Positions 43,874 through 54,671 of a stretch of DNA of 64,000 bases are shown here, one piece after another. Positions within the stretch are counted from its first letter, which is position 1. Each line of letters starts with the position of its first letter. The position numbers were made by a program, and so were the translations under genes. The notes beneath the pieces were generated by a model. It saw only the letters and a program-made list of their open reading frames with translations, was not told the DNA's origin and made no database searches. Source of the stretch: Chlamydiales bacterium (GTDB lineage Bacteria; Chlamydiota; Chlamydiia; Chlamydiales; JAAZZY01). The stretch spans positions 32,001 through 96,000 of the forward strand of contig CBDBKM010000005.1 of NCBI GenBank assembly GCA_965206695.1, in the 5' to 3' direction.

Positions 43874-44653
43874 ATAAGTTACTTTCCAAAGCCTTATCTA
43901 TTGTATTTAAATTTGGTGAATAGGGAAGAAGCAATAGAATGTGACAACCTGCTTGTTTTATAAGTTGTTGTGAATATTGAGATTTATGAAAAGTTGCATT
44001 ATCCATAATAACAACTTGACCGGGTTTAAGTTCCGGAATAAGAAAATCTTTTAACCATAGATTAAATAACTTAGTATCACATGTTCCCGTATAGCAAAAA
44101 GGAGCTAAGATTCGAGATTGATTCTTTGCTGCGATAAAACTTTCACGTGCATATCGCATTCCTAAAACGGCTCCGGATACTTGAATTAATCCCGCTCTCA
44201 TCTACATAAACACGATTTTTCATGGGAATATTTTTTAGTGTTTTTTGAAACTCTTGTCGTTTTTTTTCATCTCTTTCTTTGTAGAACGGGATCTTTTTTT
44301 TAAGGTTAGTTTCAAACGTTTACAGGTATAAAAAATAGCCGGTATCCTAACACTCGATTCTTGAGCAATGTCTTTAAGATAGGCATCCGGATATTGTTGA
44401 AGATATTGCTTAAGTTTATGATGATCAATTTTACTTGGGCTAGGGCGCCTTTTGTTAGGAGCTAAGATCTGCAGCCTTTCTCGAGAAAATCCGGTTCGAT
44501 AAAGTGCGGGTTGTAACTGAAAAAATGATACTTGCCTCTTTTCGTATTCCCACATTTTTAATATATTTTAAAGCTTGTTTTCTTAAATCAAGTGAATATG
44601 TCATCCGGATATTTTACATGAATAAAATGAAAAATAAAATTTAATTTACTATA
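43874..44653 (-). mobile_element. Degenerate IS630 copy (third type)
   Basis: MTYSLDLRKQA start at 44604, fragments 44235-44555 and 43848-44201, end TACTATA. Confidence 0.85.
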
Positions 44654-45075
44654 AATGGCGTCTGTTTCTCTCAGTCAAGCCTACCGGGGCCATTAACAGG
44701 GTTTTTGAAAACAAAATGATGATGCTTTAGCCCGGATGTCATCTCTTCTGTGTTATAGGAAATGTTATAGTGTTTTAAGACAGACGCACATAGACTCTGA
44801 ACCCTTCTATTAAGTGTATTGAGAAAGATATTGCACTCGTTCTTTCATTTGCCGTTTGGATCCTTTACCGGCTGATCCTCCTTTGGTATCATGCTAAGTT
44901 TTTCCTTCTGATTGACATCCCTTCAAATACCCATAAACACTCGAGCGGCTTAAGCGCAGAACATGAGCAATGTGATCAGGCTCTGACCGTCATCTCATGC
45001 AAGAAGCACACATAAACGATTACGTTCATTCATTCAAAAGTGCTTCTTTGATGTGGCGTTAATTGGTTCATACAA
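44654..45075 (-). pseudogene. N-terminal remnant of a long-type IS630 transposase
   Basis: Manual translation (IAHVLRLSRSSVY, KGGSAGK, VLKHYNISY, MTSGLKHHHFVFKNP) resembles ORF 63172-63993; several stops. Confidence 0.7.
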
Positions 45076-45129
45076 AACTAATATCATATTTATCCTTTTT
45101 TATGTACCTTATCAGTAGCGAAGAATATA

Positions 45130-45239
45130 TACCTAAGGCAGTCGGTAATTTAAGCCTTTGGAGATCGTGTTAGACTAACACTTATTAGCAATGGTCGTTG
45201 AATGAGGAATCCCTTCATTTTAGGGTTGGACTCTGTCAG
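45130..45239 (+). ncRNA. Orphan IS605-type right end / TnpB omega-RNA-like scaffold
   Basis: ACC..GGCAGTCGGT hairpin, GCCTTTGGAGATCGT..ATGGTCGTTGAATGAGGAATCCC..GGG..TGTCAG; no tnpB ORF upstream. Confidence 0.7.
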
Positions 45240-45286
45240 ATTATATAAAAAATTTGGTCTTTAATTTTTGATCTCAAAATAGTTTT

Positions 45287-45314
45287 TTGACCCTTTGTTA
45301 AAGGGTTTTATAAC
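45287..45314 (+). promoter_or_regulatory. Candidate sigma70/66 promoter with a palindrome in the spacer
   Basis: TTGACC-N16-TATAAC before ATG 45333; ACCCTTT-N3-AAAGGGT overlaps it. Confidence 0.4.
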
Positions 45315-45332
45315 AAGAACGCCTACTAAGAT

Positions 45333-45875
45333 ATGCAACGCTATTCTAAAACATTATTATTCATCGCCTTTCTCTTATCATGTCTACCTGCTGCATTAAG
45401 TCCTATTATCTTTCCTAATCTTAAAATAACTTATTTCGCTCCTTTTTTAGTTTTACTTTTCTATCAACGCTCTCTTTTGGCTACTTTATGGATCTCATCT
45501 TTAATCGGATTAAGCCTTGACTTAGTTTCATCGTACAGCTTGCTGGGTATGTATGCTGTGAATTATTGCGTAACAACACTTCTATTATATCATTTAAAAC
45601 GGCTTCTTTTTCAGGATCAACTTTCTACCGTTCCACTTTTAAGCTTTTTATTTGGTATTATATCAACTCTCATAGAAGTTATAATCCTTACCCTATCACA
45701 TGTGACTCTTTCACTTTCATTTGGATGGTTTATATCCGATCTTATCATCATGCCTTTCTGTGATGCCTTATTTGCTTTCATTGGATTTGTTTTGCCCATA
45801 TTTCTATTGAGCCATCTTCCCTTTGTAAAAATGCAGGTGAAACGACCCAAAACACTCATATTAAAAACGCCATAA
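45333..45875 (+). CDS. MreD-like membrane protein
   Basis: Five hydrophobic segments, GLSLDLVSS..LGMYA pattern. Confidence 0.6.
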   Translation: MQRYSKTLLFIAFLLSCLPAALSPIIFPNLKITYFAPFLVLLFYQRSLLATLWISSLIGLSLDLVSSYSLLGMYAVNYCVTTLLLYHLKRLLFQDQLSTVPLLSFLFGIISTLIEVIILTLSHVTLSLSFGWFISDLIIMPFCDALFAFIGFVLPIFLLSHLPFVKMQVKRPKTLILKTP

Positions 45876-45947
45876 TTAACGAGACAAGTTGTCAAGAACC
45901 AAGATATACGAGTATACTTTTAATTTAATTTTTTTGGGACCATATTG

Positions 45948-46790
45948 ATGATTATAGATGGAAAAAAAATAGCTAAAGAAATCCGTTTAGAAATGGCTTC
46001 TTTAATTAGTAAACATAAAACCCCTCCCGGCTTAGCTTTTATCTTAATAGGCGATAATCCTGCCTCTGAAGTATACGTTCGAATGAAAAAGAGGGCTTGC
46101 GAAGACGTCGGTATAAAATCTCAAGTTTTTACCCTACCCAAAACCATTTCTCAAGATAAATTGATTATTATGATCGAAAAGATGAATCAAGATCCATCTA
46201 TCGATGGTATTTTGGTTCAATTACCCTTACCTCACCATATTGATTCACCTCAACTCATGCAATGTATTGACCCGAAAAAAGATGTCGATGGTTTCCATCC
46301 TATCAATATGGGAAAACTATTAACGGGCATACCGGGAGGCTTTGTCCCTTGTACTCCGTTAGGTATTCAAATGATTTTAACAAGATCACAAGTTAAAATT
46401 GAAGGTAAGCATGTTGTCATACTTGGTCGAAGCAACATCGTCGGTAAACCATTAGCCGCTCTTTTAATGCAAAAAAAAGAAGCGGCTAACGCTTCTGTCA
46501 CCGTGCTTCATAGCCTAAGTGAAAATTTACATAGCATACTAAGAGAAGCGGATATATTGGTGGCAGCACTTGGAAGACCACATTTTGTTAAAAAGGATAT
46601 GATTAAAGATAAGGCTGTAGTAATAGATGTCGGCATTAATCGAATAGACAATCATTTAGTAGGAGATGCTGATTTTGATAATATTAAAGATAAATGTTCG
46701 TATATTACCCCCGTTCCCGGCGGAGTAGGCCCTATGACTATCGCCATGCTGCTTTCAAATACCCTTCTTAGTTATCAGAGAAAACAATGA
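45948..46790 (+). CDS. folD: Methylenetetrahydrofolate dehydrogenase/cyclohydrolase
   Basis: GILVQLPLP, KDVDGFHP, GRSNIVGKP, TPVPGGVGPMT. Confidence 0.97.
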   Translation: MIIDGKKIAKEIRLEMASLISKHKTPPGLAFILIGDNPASEVYVRMKKRACEDVGIKSQVFTLPKTISQDKLIIMIEKMNQDPSIDGILVQLPLPHHIDSPQLMQCIDPKKDVDGFHPINMGKLLTGIPGGFVPCTPLGIQMILTRSQVKIEGKHVVILGRSNIVGKPLAALLMQKKEAANASVTVLHSLSENLHSILREADILVAALGRPHFVKKDMIKDKAVVIDVGINRIDNHLVGDADFDNIKDKCSYITPVPGGVGPMTIAMLLSNTLLSYQRKQ

Positions 46791-47774
46791 AAAAGATTAT
46801 GATTCTTTACCTGTTGTTATTCTCTTCCTGCAATCATCCGGATTCAAAAAAACGTCAGGTTACTCACTTCGAAGGCATCGCTATGACCATCCCCTATCGC
46901 ATGACGATAGGGAAAAATTTAAATGATCAAGAATGGCATCTTGTACAAGATACCGTTCTTACTGCATTTGACAATACTCATCAAACTTTTGACAATTGGA
47001 ATCTTGATTCCGAAATCTCTTTATTAAACACACTATCTGCATATGAAGTCGCTAACATCTCTGAAGAAATGTATCAGTTTTTATTAATGGTAAATCAAAT
47101 GTATACCCTAACAGAAGGTCGTTTTGATCCTGCTATAGGAGCATTGAAAGCCATCTGGAAGCAAACTGCTATTAATGGAGAAGAACCCTTTATTAATCTC
47201 AATACTAATTGGCACTCGATTCATTTTACTGAGTCTACTTTCTATAAAGATAACACAGCTGTTCAATTAGATTTCTGTGGTATTGCTAAAGGATATACGA
47301 TTGATCAAATCGTTATTGCCTTACAAGAAAAAGGCTTTGCCGATCTCTTTATAGAATGGGGGGGGTGAAATTCGCGCTTCAGGCTCTTATCCGGATAATC
47401 GTCCCTGGCAAGTATCTCTTTATCCCAAAAATTCTCTTATGAATAATCCGCCTAAAACCATACCCCTTATCAATCAGGCCATAGCAACTAGTGGAGATTA
47501 TTTAGACCGGTGGCCGGATCAAAAAAACAATACCGTTTGTTTTCATATCATTAACCCCGGCAATCACCAACCCCTACAGGTTACCTCTCATTCCATAACA
47601 TCTGTATCGGTATGTGCATCTAACTGCATGATAGCTGACGCACTTGCAACCGCCGGCATGATTTTTGATTCTATAGATGATGCTGAAGATTGGGCAAGAG
47701 GTGTTCAACGTACATTGCCGGAAACGACATTCTATTTTTACCAAAGAAATCCTGATAAACTTGATTCACTTTAA
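46787..47774 (+). pseudogene. apbE: FAD:protein FMN transferase ApbE, +1 frameshift at G8 47358-47365
   Basis: Lipobox-like FSSC, TEGRFDP, IAKGY, EWGGEI, ATSGDY, ADALATA. Confidence 0.88.
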
Positions 47775-47831
47775 AAAAAAATTTAGTAATATATTTTCCT
47801 GCTTCCACATGATAACAAAGGGTGCTTCAAT

Positions 47832-48670
47832 ATGAAAAAAATTATAATACCTATTCTTTTAATCGGAATAACTTTTAGCGGTATGTACGCTTATAAAAGA
47901 TTTTCTAATCCTTATGTCACATGTGATTTTAGAGGGCAATTGGGTAATAACATGTTCCAAATAGCCACTGCTACAGCTCTTGCAATGGATAATAGAGCGA
48001 CTCCTATTTTCCCAACTGTAAAAAAAAAGCAAGAATGGTCGTTTAAATAAAAAACATGTCTTTCATCGATTGCAAACAACAAAACATTTAGGCAAATGGA
48101 CTGTCTTTGTCGAGGAAGAGGATTACTGTCACTATCATCCTATCCCATACCAACCTAACCTTAAGATTTCCGGTTTTTTTCAAACAGAAAAATACTTTGT
48201 CCATCATAGAGAAACGATTCAAAAACTTTTCGGCTCCTAAGACCAAGCTAAAAAAAGAGATCACCAAAAAATATGCTCCTCTTTTAAATCAACCCCATGT
48301 CGCCCTTCATGTCAGGACATTTTTAGGCGATAACCGCAACCCGGATGATGACCCTAATTTTTGGAATTACTTCTAAAAGCTCTTGGAACACTTTCCCAAA
48401 AACCACATGGTAATTGTTTTTCTGATTTTATGGACTGGACCAAAGAACACTTTCCTATAACCGAGCATAACGTCGTCTTTATTGAAGGAAATCCTCACTA
48501 TTATGATTTTCACTTCATGACTATGTGTGATCATCAAATAACATCTCCGGCTCTTCTTTTCATGGTGGGCCGGTTGGCTAAATACCTATCCGGATAAAAA
48601 AGTTGTAGCTCAAGCAGGATGGGGAGGTGTTGAAAGTGAGGCGATTCCGGAATCTTGGATACAAATATGA
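47832..48670 (+). pseudogene. GT11 alpha-1,2-fucosyltransferase, multiply frameshifted
   Basis: GQLGNNMFQ, ALHVR, FSD..W, DFHFMTMCDHQI fragments in different frames. Confidence 0.82.
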
Positions 48671-48839
48671 TAAAATAATTGCCATATAATTACCTGTTTA
48701 GTAGTATTTTCACTTGCTTTCCACTCATCAGTCCGGTTTGAGTGGGTATAGCGGCCCCGGATTACTGTCTTGTCTTGCCTACTAATTTCATAAATACAAC
48801 ATACCTTACGCACGCCTTCCGGTAAGCAAGCTACAGAAT

Positions 48840-49077
48840 CAATCCCTACTTAGGAGGTTTCTTTAATCCTCTACCAACCCATTTTAAATTAAAGTAGGAT
48901 TACTCTCGTTTTGTAGTAGTATCAGTTTCCAAGGCTATGAGTTTTTATGAAACCCTTTCCGTATGCCCTACGGTAATTTTGAAAAACAACAGTATTGAAA
49001 TAAAAAGAACTGTTTAATACAAGAGAAGAACGCTCTCATCCCAATGCTAAAGCAAAGGGTTTTCTCGCTTGATTGTC
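48840..49077 (-). mobile_element. IS200/IS605 mini-element: same left end joined to a different omega-RNA-like sequence; right boundary uncertain
   Basis: TTTAT then GACAATCAAGCGAG left end; CCGTA-GGGCA-TACGG hairpin (48957-48975); GCCTTGGAAAC..ACTACTAC..GAGTAATCC. Confidence 0.65.
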
Positions 49078-49082
49078 ATAAA

Positions 49083-49360
49083 GATACGAAACGAAAACAA
49101 AAAACGACCCGGTTTGGCTTGAGTGGATATTGAAGTGCAAGAGCTTCTAAAGGCCCTGGAGCTATCCTTTTTTTCTGTTTATTTAGATCCGGTAGGTCAC
49201 AAAGAGCTGTTTCAATCCCTCCTTGTTTAGGAGGCGTGAGTGCAAAAAAATCTCCATTTTATGCCGGAAAATCTAAAGTCGGGCAATTTGATTTTTCTAA
49301 AGGAGTTTTTCCACCTAACTCTTTTAAACAAAAATCCGTTAAACTGTGAATAACAGTAAC
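49083..49360 (-). pseudogene. N-terminal fragment of an ApgM-like cofactor-independent phosphoglycerate mutase
   Basis: Manual translation ELGGKTPLEKSNCPTLD..GPLEALA..VVFCFRFV with an internal stop; ends at the mini-element TTTAT site. Confidence 0.55.
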
Positions 49361-50557
49361 TTACGGATCAATTTTTTTTACCGAAAACTTGTCTGCCAGT
49401 AATATAATAATAAAACCAATTATTACCACTAGAATAATAGGTAAAAATTGGTATGAAAAATTTTTCGGCCAAATAGGCTCAATTAATTCAAGATGAATAC
49501 CGTTAAAAGGATGAAGAGGATTCAGAACATAACGAGAAGACCAAAAAGGCCATATTGATTTTAAAGCTCCAATCATGATGCCACATAAAAAGGCAATAGT
49601 CACACTAGAATAATACTTTAAAAGCCAAAACAAAAAACGTGAAAATATCACTAATCCGATAACAATGCCAATTCCCATATTCAAGAGAGTCCAAAACGCA
49701 TCCTCATAAATCCTCCCTTGAGTAAACCCCATGCTAAAATCTGCCAGGGAACCAATGATAAGAGAATACAATCCCAACATATGCATTAGATAGCTTCCTG
49801 AAATACCGGGCAGAAGCATCGCCGATACAGCCAAAATACCACAACAGACTAACCAAGGGTTAAAATAATGAACTTCTTGAGCCTCAACAAAATCTCTTGC
49901 TACTTTGACTTCATTCAGTAAATAACTGTAAACGGGAGTGTCATCAAAAATAATACCCTTACTTAACATAGCGCTCAATGTCGCTTCATTTACACCTGTT
50001 AACATCTGAGTATCTTCACGATAATTATGTGCTAAATCAAGATTTTTTTGAGCCGTATACACCCCTAGAGATACATCATACACAGGCTCATTTTGAGTAG
50101 GTAATTTAATTGATAGAAGCAAAATAATTGTTCCGATACCCAAAGCTAGAGCTATAAACTCTTTTTTAGTCCAATTTCTAACTTCTTTGAAACACAAGAA
50201 AATAGAAGCTCCTACCAATCCAATAAAAAAAGCATAGAAATACGTTCGTAATGGCTCTTGATTGAGAAGATAGCGAATAAGAGTAGAAAATATTACTAAA
50301 CTTAATGAAATACCGATGACTATAGCCGTAATAAATTTCCAAGGAATTAAAGATGAAAAGGCTTTAAATTTTCCTCGAAAGAGTAAGAGAATCGTTTTTC
50401 TATTGAAACTACGAATAGCTTGTAATAAATCGGCATATATCCCACTAAGAAAAGCAACGGTCCCACCTGATATCCCGGGTATTAAATCAGCTATTCCCAT
50501 TAACATTCCAATGCCGCAAATGTTAAACCAACTTTTTGAAACATCTTCTTTGGACAT
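49361..50557 (-). CDS. DUF368 membrane protein
   Basis: MGIADLIPGISGGT and AMLLPGISGS repeats. Confidence 0.9.
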   Translation of the reverse strand: MSKEDVSKSWFNICGIGMLMGIADLIPGISGGTVAFLSGIYADLLQAIRSFNRKTILLLFRGKFKAFSSLIPWKFITAIVIGISLSLVIFSTLIRYLLNQEPLRTYFYAFFIGLVGASIFLCFKEVRNWTKKEFIALALGIGTIILLLSIKLPTQNEPVYDVSLGVYTAQKNLDLAHNYREDTQMLTGVNEATLSAMLSKGIIFDDTPVYSYLLNEVKVARDFVEAQEVHYFNPWLVCCGILAVSAMLLPGISGSYLMHMLGLYSLIIGSLADFSMGFTQGRIYEDAFWTLLNMGIGIVIGLVIFSRFLFWLLKYYSSVTIAFLCGIMIGALKSIWPFWSSRYVLNPLHPFNGIHLELIEPIWPKNFSYQFLPIILVVIIGFIIILLADKFSVKKIDP

Positions 50558-50979
50558 TAAAGGACGTCCATATATTTAGCAAATATCCAAAGCGCCAATA
50601 ATCCCAAGAATGAAGCTCCGATCCAGAGCACATTTGGTAACCATTTAACTCCTGAACCCGGAGCCCCTCTTACTTCAAGAGTGCCTAAGCCATAAGCAAA
50701 TTCTTGTTTACATTGAGGGTCTTTTAAAGACTGTAAGTTTTCATTAATCAACCTATCGCCATCCAAGCCAAGAAATTGGGCGTACTGCTTAATAAAGCCT
50801 TGAGCATATACAGGTGAAATTAAATTATTTAACCTCCCTTGTTCGATTGCTTGAAGATAATTAATTCGTATGGATGTACCGTTTTCAATTTCTTTTAGAG
50901 AAAAGTTTCTTTCTGTACGTCTTTCTTGTAATAAACCACCAACATGCTTCAATTGATCATTTAAACTCAGATCATTCAT
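50557..50979 (-). CDS. RodZ-like HTH protein with C-terminal TM
   Basis: TSIRINYLQAIEQG, VYAQGFIKQYAQFLGLD. Confidence 0.85.
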   Translation of the reverse strand: MNDLSLNDQLKHVGGLLQERRTERNFSLKEIENGTSIRINYLQAIEQGRLNNLISPVYAQGFIKQYAQFLGLDGDRLINENLQSLKDPQCKQEFAYGLGTLEVRGAPGSGVKWLPNVLWIGASFLGLLALWIFAKYMDVL

Positions 50980-51187
50980 AATTACCTCAAAATTATACTG
51001 TCATCAAGTATCTGTAATATAGGATTTTCAAGAAAGTCTTTTTTTTAGAAATATTTTTATAGTCTTTACATTACGATTTGGTCTTTTGCCAAATTCTTGT
51101 GTAGTAAGAACTCTCGTGCTATGATTTATCTTTTACTCAATTGATGGCAATAACATATTTATAAAATGACCGGAAGAGCACTCTTTT

Positions 51188-52108
51188 ATGACACAACCTA
51201 CTAAAGAAAATAGCAAACCAACATGCTTTGTCACTAAACTGGATCTGAATTTAACCGATAAGTTAAAACATGATTTAGAAAATCAAAGATTTACTTTTAC
51301 ACAACCCCCTTATTCTATCTTTTCTGCTAAAAAAAAAGGCCTTTCTGTTACTCTTTATGAATCCGGAAAATTAATGGTTCAAGGAAAAGCCATAGCTGAA
51401 TTTATGGAATTTTATCTGGAACCTGAGATTCTTAATTCTTTTAACTACAGCCACCCCGAAGCTTATGTAGATAAGCAACCGCGAATAGGGGTTGATGAGG
51501 CCGGTAAGGGAGATTTTTTTGGTCCTTTATGTGTTGCAAGTGCTTATGCCGATTCGGAGCAAGTAATAAAACTAGTTAAACTGGGTGTTAAAGATTCTAA
51601 GACCATGTCGGATAAAAAGGTTCTTGATATGGCTAAAATCATCCGATCATTATGTGTCCATCACACCATTCGTATCGGTCCTGAGAAATATAATGAGCTA
51701 TACCAAAAATTCGGTAACCTCAATCACTTACTCGCTTGGGGACATGCAACCTGTATCAAAGAACTTGTCGAAAAAACGGCATGCACCAATGTGATCATTG
51801 ATCAGTTTGCTTCAAAAACTATCGTCCCTCAAGCTTTGAAACGCTACCAACTAGAAGTAATGTTAACTCAAAGACACCGAGCTGAAGAAGATGTTGTCGT
51901 AGCAGCAGCAGCTTGTTTAGCAAGAGCTGCCTTTTTAGAGAGGCTTGCCGCATTAGGTAAACAATTTGAGATTGAATTACCAAAAGGTGCTTCTCAAAAA
52001 ACTATCCAAACAGGTATTAAAATAGCACGTAAGCTAGGTCCTGATGGACTGGCAAAAGTATCGAAAAAGCATTTCAAAACTTTTGATGATGTGATGCAAC
52101 AATGCTAA
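51188..52108 (+). CDS. rnhC: Ribonuclease HIII
   Basis: N-terminal YESGKLMVQGK, GVDEAGKGDFFGP, VKDSK, K.HFKT. Confidence 0.95.
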   Translation: MTQPTKENSKPTCFVTKLDLNLTDKLKHDLENQRFTFTQPPYSIFSAKKKGLSVTLYESGKLMVQGKAIAEFMEFYLEPEILNSFNYSHPEAYVDKQPRIGVDEAGKGDFFGPLCVASAYADSEQVIKLVKLGVKDSKTMSDKKVLDMAKIIRSLCVHHTIRIGPEKYNELYQKFGNLNHLLAWGHATCIKELVEKTACTNVIIDQFASKTIVPQALKRYQLEVMLTQRHRAEEDVVVAAAACLARAAFLERLAALGKQFEIELPKGASQKTIQTGIKIARKLGPDGLAKVSKKHFKTFDDVMQQC

Positions 52109-52176
52109 AAGAACTTCGTATCAACAATATTATTCTCATTGAAAAAGTGATGATCCCTTTCGAAAAAGGATTCAAT

Positions 52177-53758
52177 AGACTTCTTTCGAAATGCATCATA
52201 TGAATTCCAAATTATAAATTCCCGCAATAAGATTGAACCGCAAAGCAAACCTTTTTCGTCTATTTCGATAACGACCGGAAATGATTTTAAAGCGTTTGAT
52301 CACTCCTGTCACATTGTCATTCAAAACACGTTCCCTTGATAAATGTCTATTATTTTTCTTATCTTCTTTAGTTAGAGGCTTCTTCTTACTTTTCTTTTTT
52401 GGCATATTGGTATTAGCATGAAGCTTTTTTAATCCTTGATATCCCGTATCCGTTAATACGCTTATTCCCGGATGAATTTTTATTTTTGATTCCTTAAACA
52501 GTCTACAGTCATGTCTCCTACCATTAAAAAATGCAGTACAAATAATCTGTCGTGTTTTTTTATCTACTATAACCTGAGTCTTTAAGGTATGCTTTTTCTT
52601 TTTCCCCGAGTAGAATTTTTTTTGGGCCTTTCAACGGCTGTTTCCGTGGCATCTATTAAAATAAGCTCATATACCGAATCGTTTTTTAAAAGTGCTTTAC
52701 GACCGGGTAAAGCAAAATCAGAGTGCTTAATTAAGTGTACCTTCAACCCACTTTATACTTTTATAAGCACTGCTTTCACTTATAGTCATTTAATTTTACA
52801 TTGATAAGATTGCTTGATCAATGGCGAATTTAAAATTCGTAACTTTTCGTAATATCTCTCTAACTTTATTTTTCATATTAGCCCAATATTTTTCTATAGG
52901 ATTTAAGTCCGGAGAATATGGAGGAAGAAACATAAGCTTACAACCGGCAGATTCTACTATTTTCCTGCTTTCCGCTGACTTGTGAAAACCGGCATTGTCA
53001 AGAATAAGAACACTACCGGGTGTAAGCTGAGGAGTCAAAACTTCCTTAAGCCAAATATTGAATAACCCGGTATTACAAGTACCTTCAAAACACATTGGAG
53101 ATAAAAACTGCCCTTTAGATAGGGCTGAAATAATATTTTGCCTTATAAAGCGGTTTCCTGAAACCGCTCCAAAAACTTTTTTGCCGCGTAAGCTTCTTCC
53201 GGACTCACGAAATAAAAATTGATGAATCCCGGTTTCATCGAGATAAATTCTCTTGTCAAAGGGAATATTTTTTAAATTTTTCATAAAAGCTTCCCGTTTC
53301 TTTTCATCTCTTTCCTTATAGCGAGTAGTTTTTTTTTTCGTGTAATTTTTAATCTTTTAAGGGCATAAAAAATCGTTTGCGGAGTGACTGAAAAATAATC
53401 AGCAATTTCCGATAAAAAATAATCCGGATGTTTTTCTACATATTTAGATAACAACTCATCATCTAATTTCTTATAAGCATATTTTCTGCGGATTGGCTTT
53501 AAATGTCCTTTTTGCTTTTTTTGCAAGATCCATCGATATATTGTTGCGATACCTACTTGAAAAATATGGCCGGCTGTTTTTTTATCATGATGTTTTTCTA
53601 TATGTTGTAATACTTTCTCTCGAAGATCTACTGAATAGGCTCTAGGCATTGTTTTGTCCTTACTGTTTGTATAAAAAAAGAAGGATAACATATTATCAAA
53701 TAAAAATTAAAATACTATATACCGGAACTTTGACTGATATGAAAATAGGTCCTATATT
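52177..53758 (-). mobile_element. ISL2-type IS5 copy 1, split by IS630 copy C and truncated by ISL2 copy 2
   Basis: TIR at 52177; IDATE, DTGYQG, RFNLIAGIYN; TYFHISQSSG (53720-53757) continues into ISESSAYK (before 52781). Confidence 0.85.
52781..53719 (-). mobile_element. IS630 copy C, the only copy with intact orfA and an A10 tract
   Basis: MPRAYSVDLREKVLQH open; ORFs 53281-53691 and 52796-53284. Confidence 0.95.
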
Positions 53759-54662
53759 AGACTTCTTTCGAAACTCATTGTGCCAACTCCAAATTGTAAA
53801 TGCCGGCAATTAGATTAAAACGAAGAGCAAACCTTTTACGCCTATTTCCGTAACGATCAGTTATAATCTTGAATCGCTTTAAACGGGCAATGACATGTTC
53901 ATTGAGAACTCGTTCTTTGGAAAGCTGTCGATTGCGTTTCTTATCATCTTTAGTCAATGGCTTCTTTTTACTTTTTTTCTTTGGCATTTGGGTCTTAGAG
54001 TGAATATCTTGTAGACCTTGATATCCGGTATCAGTCAATACATTTATTTCCGGACGGATTTGTATTTTTGACTCTTTGAATAATCTGAAATCATGTAGCT
54101 TGCCATTCGAGAATGCCGTACAGATTACTTATTGCGTCTTCTTGTTCACAACAATCTGAGTTTTTAGCGTATATTTTTTCTTTTTTCCTGAGTAAAAATA
54201 CTTCTGTTTCTTTTTGGCCTTTCAATACGCGTTTCTGTTGCATCGATTAAAATAACGTCATATTCAACATCGCTCTTTAGAAGAGCTTTGCGTCCGGGCA
54301 AAAAGAAATCAGGGTGCTTGATTAATGTATCCTCGACCCACCTTACAGTTTTATAGGCAGTACTCTCACTAACACCGTAACTTTGACTCACATGGAAATA
54401 AGTCCCGTATTCTCGGATATATTCCGGAGTCATAAGCAGCATATCCTTTATGCTTAGTTTGTTCTTCCTACCACCTTTAACTTTTTTGAGTTTGTTCGAT
54501 TCTTCTAAAATCAACTGCATCCTATCAAATGTAGCTTTCTTAATGCCCGTTAGCCGACGAAATTTTTCGTCGTCTAAACTTTTAACTGTTTCAAACTTCA
54601 TGTTATCCTCACTTATTTTAACAAGAACATTATTATCAAAAAATTAGTTTCGAAAGAAGTCT
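53759..54662 (-). mobile_element. ISL2-type IS5 copy 2, full length with a damaged transposase
   Basis: 15 bp perfect TIRs AGACTTCTTTCGAAA; FRRLTG, IDATE, DTGYQG; internal TAA near 54130. Confidence 0.92.
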
Positions 54663-54671
54663 AATAATCAA

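Noticed and set aside
48715..48750. Minus-strand CTGATGAG..GAAA resembling a hammerhead ribozyme core
   Set aside because: No stem II between CTGATGA and GAAA; the bases instead form a simple CCACTCA/TGAGTGG hairpin
48610..48840. Minus-strand ORF (IYEISRQDKTVI) faintly like a RelE toxin, or an IS110-type non-coding end
   Set aside because: Similarity too short for either; no antitoxin or IS110 transposase nearby
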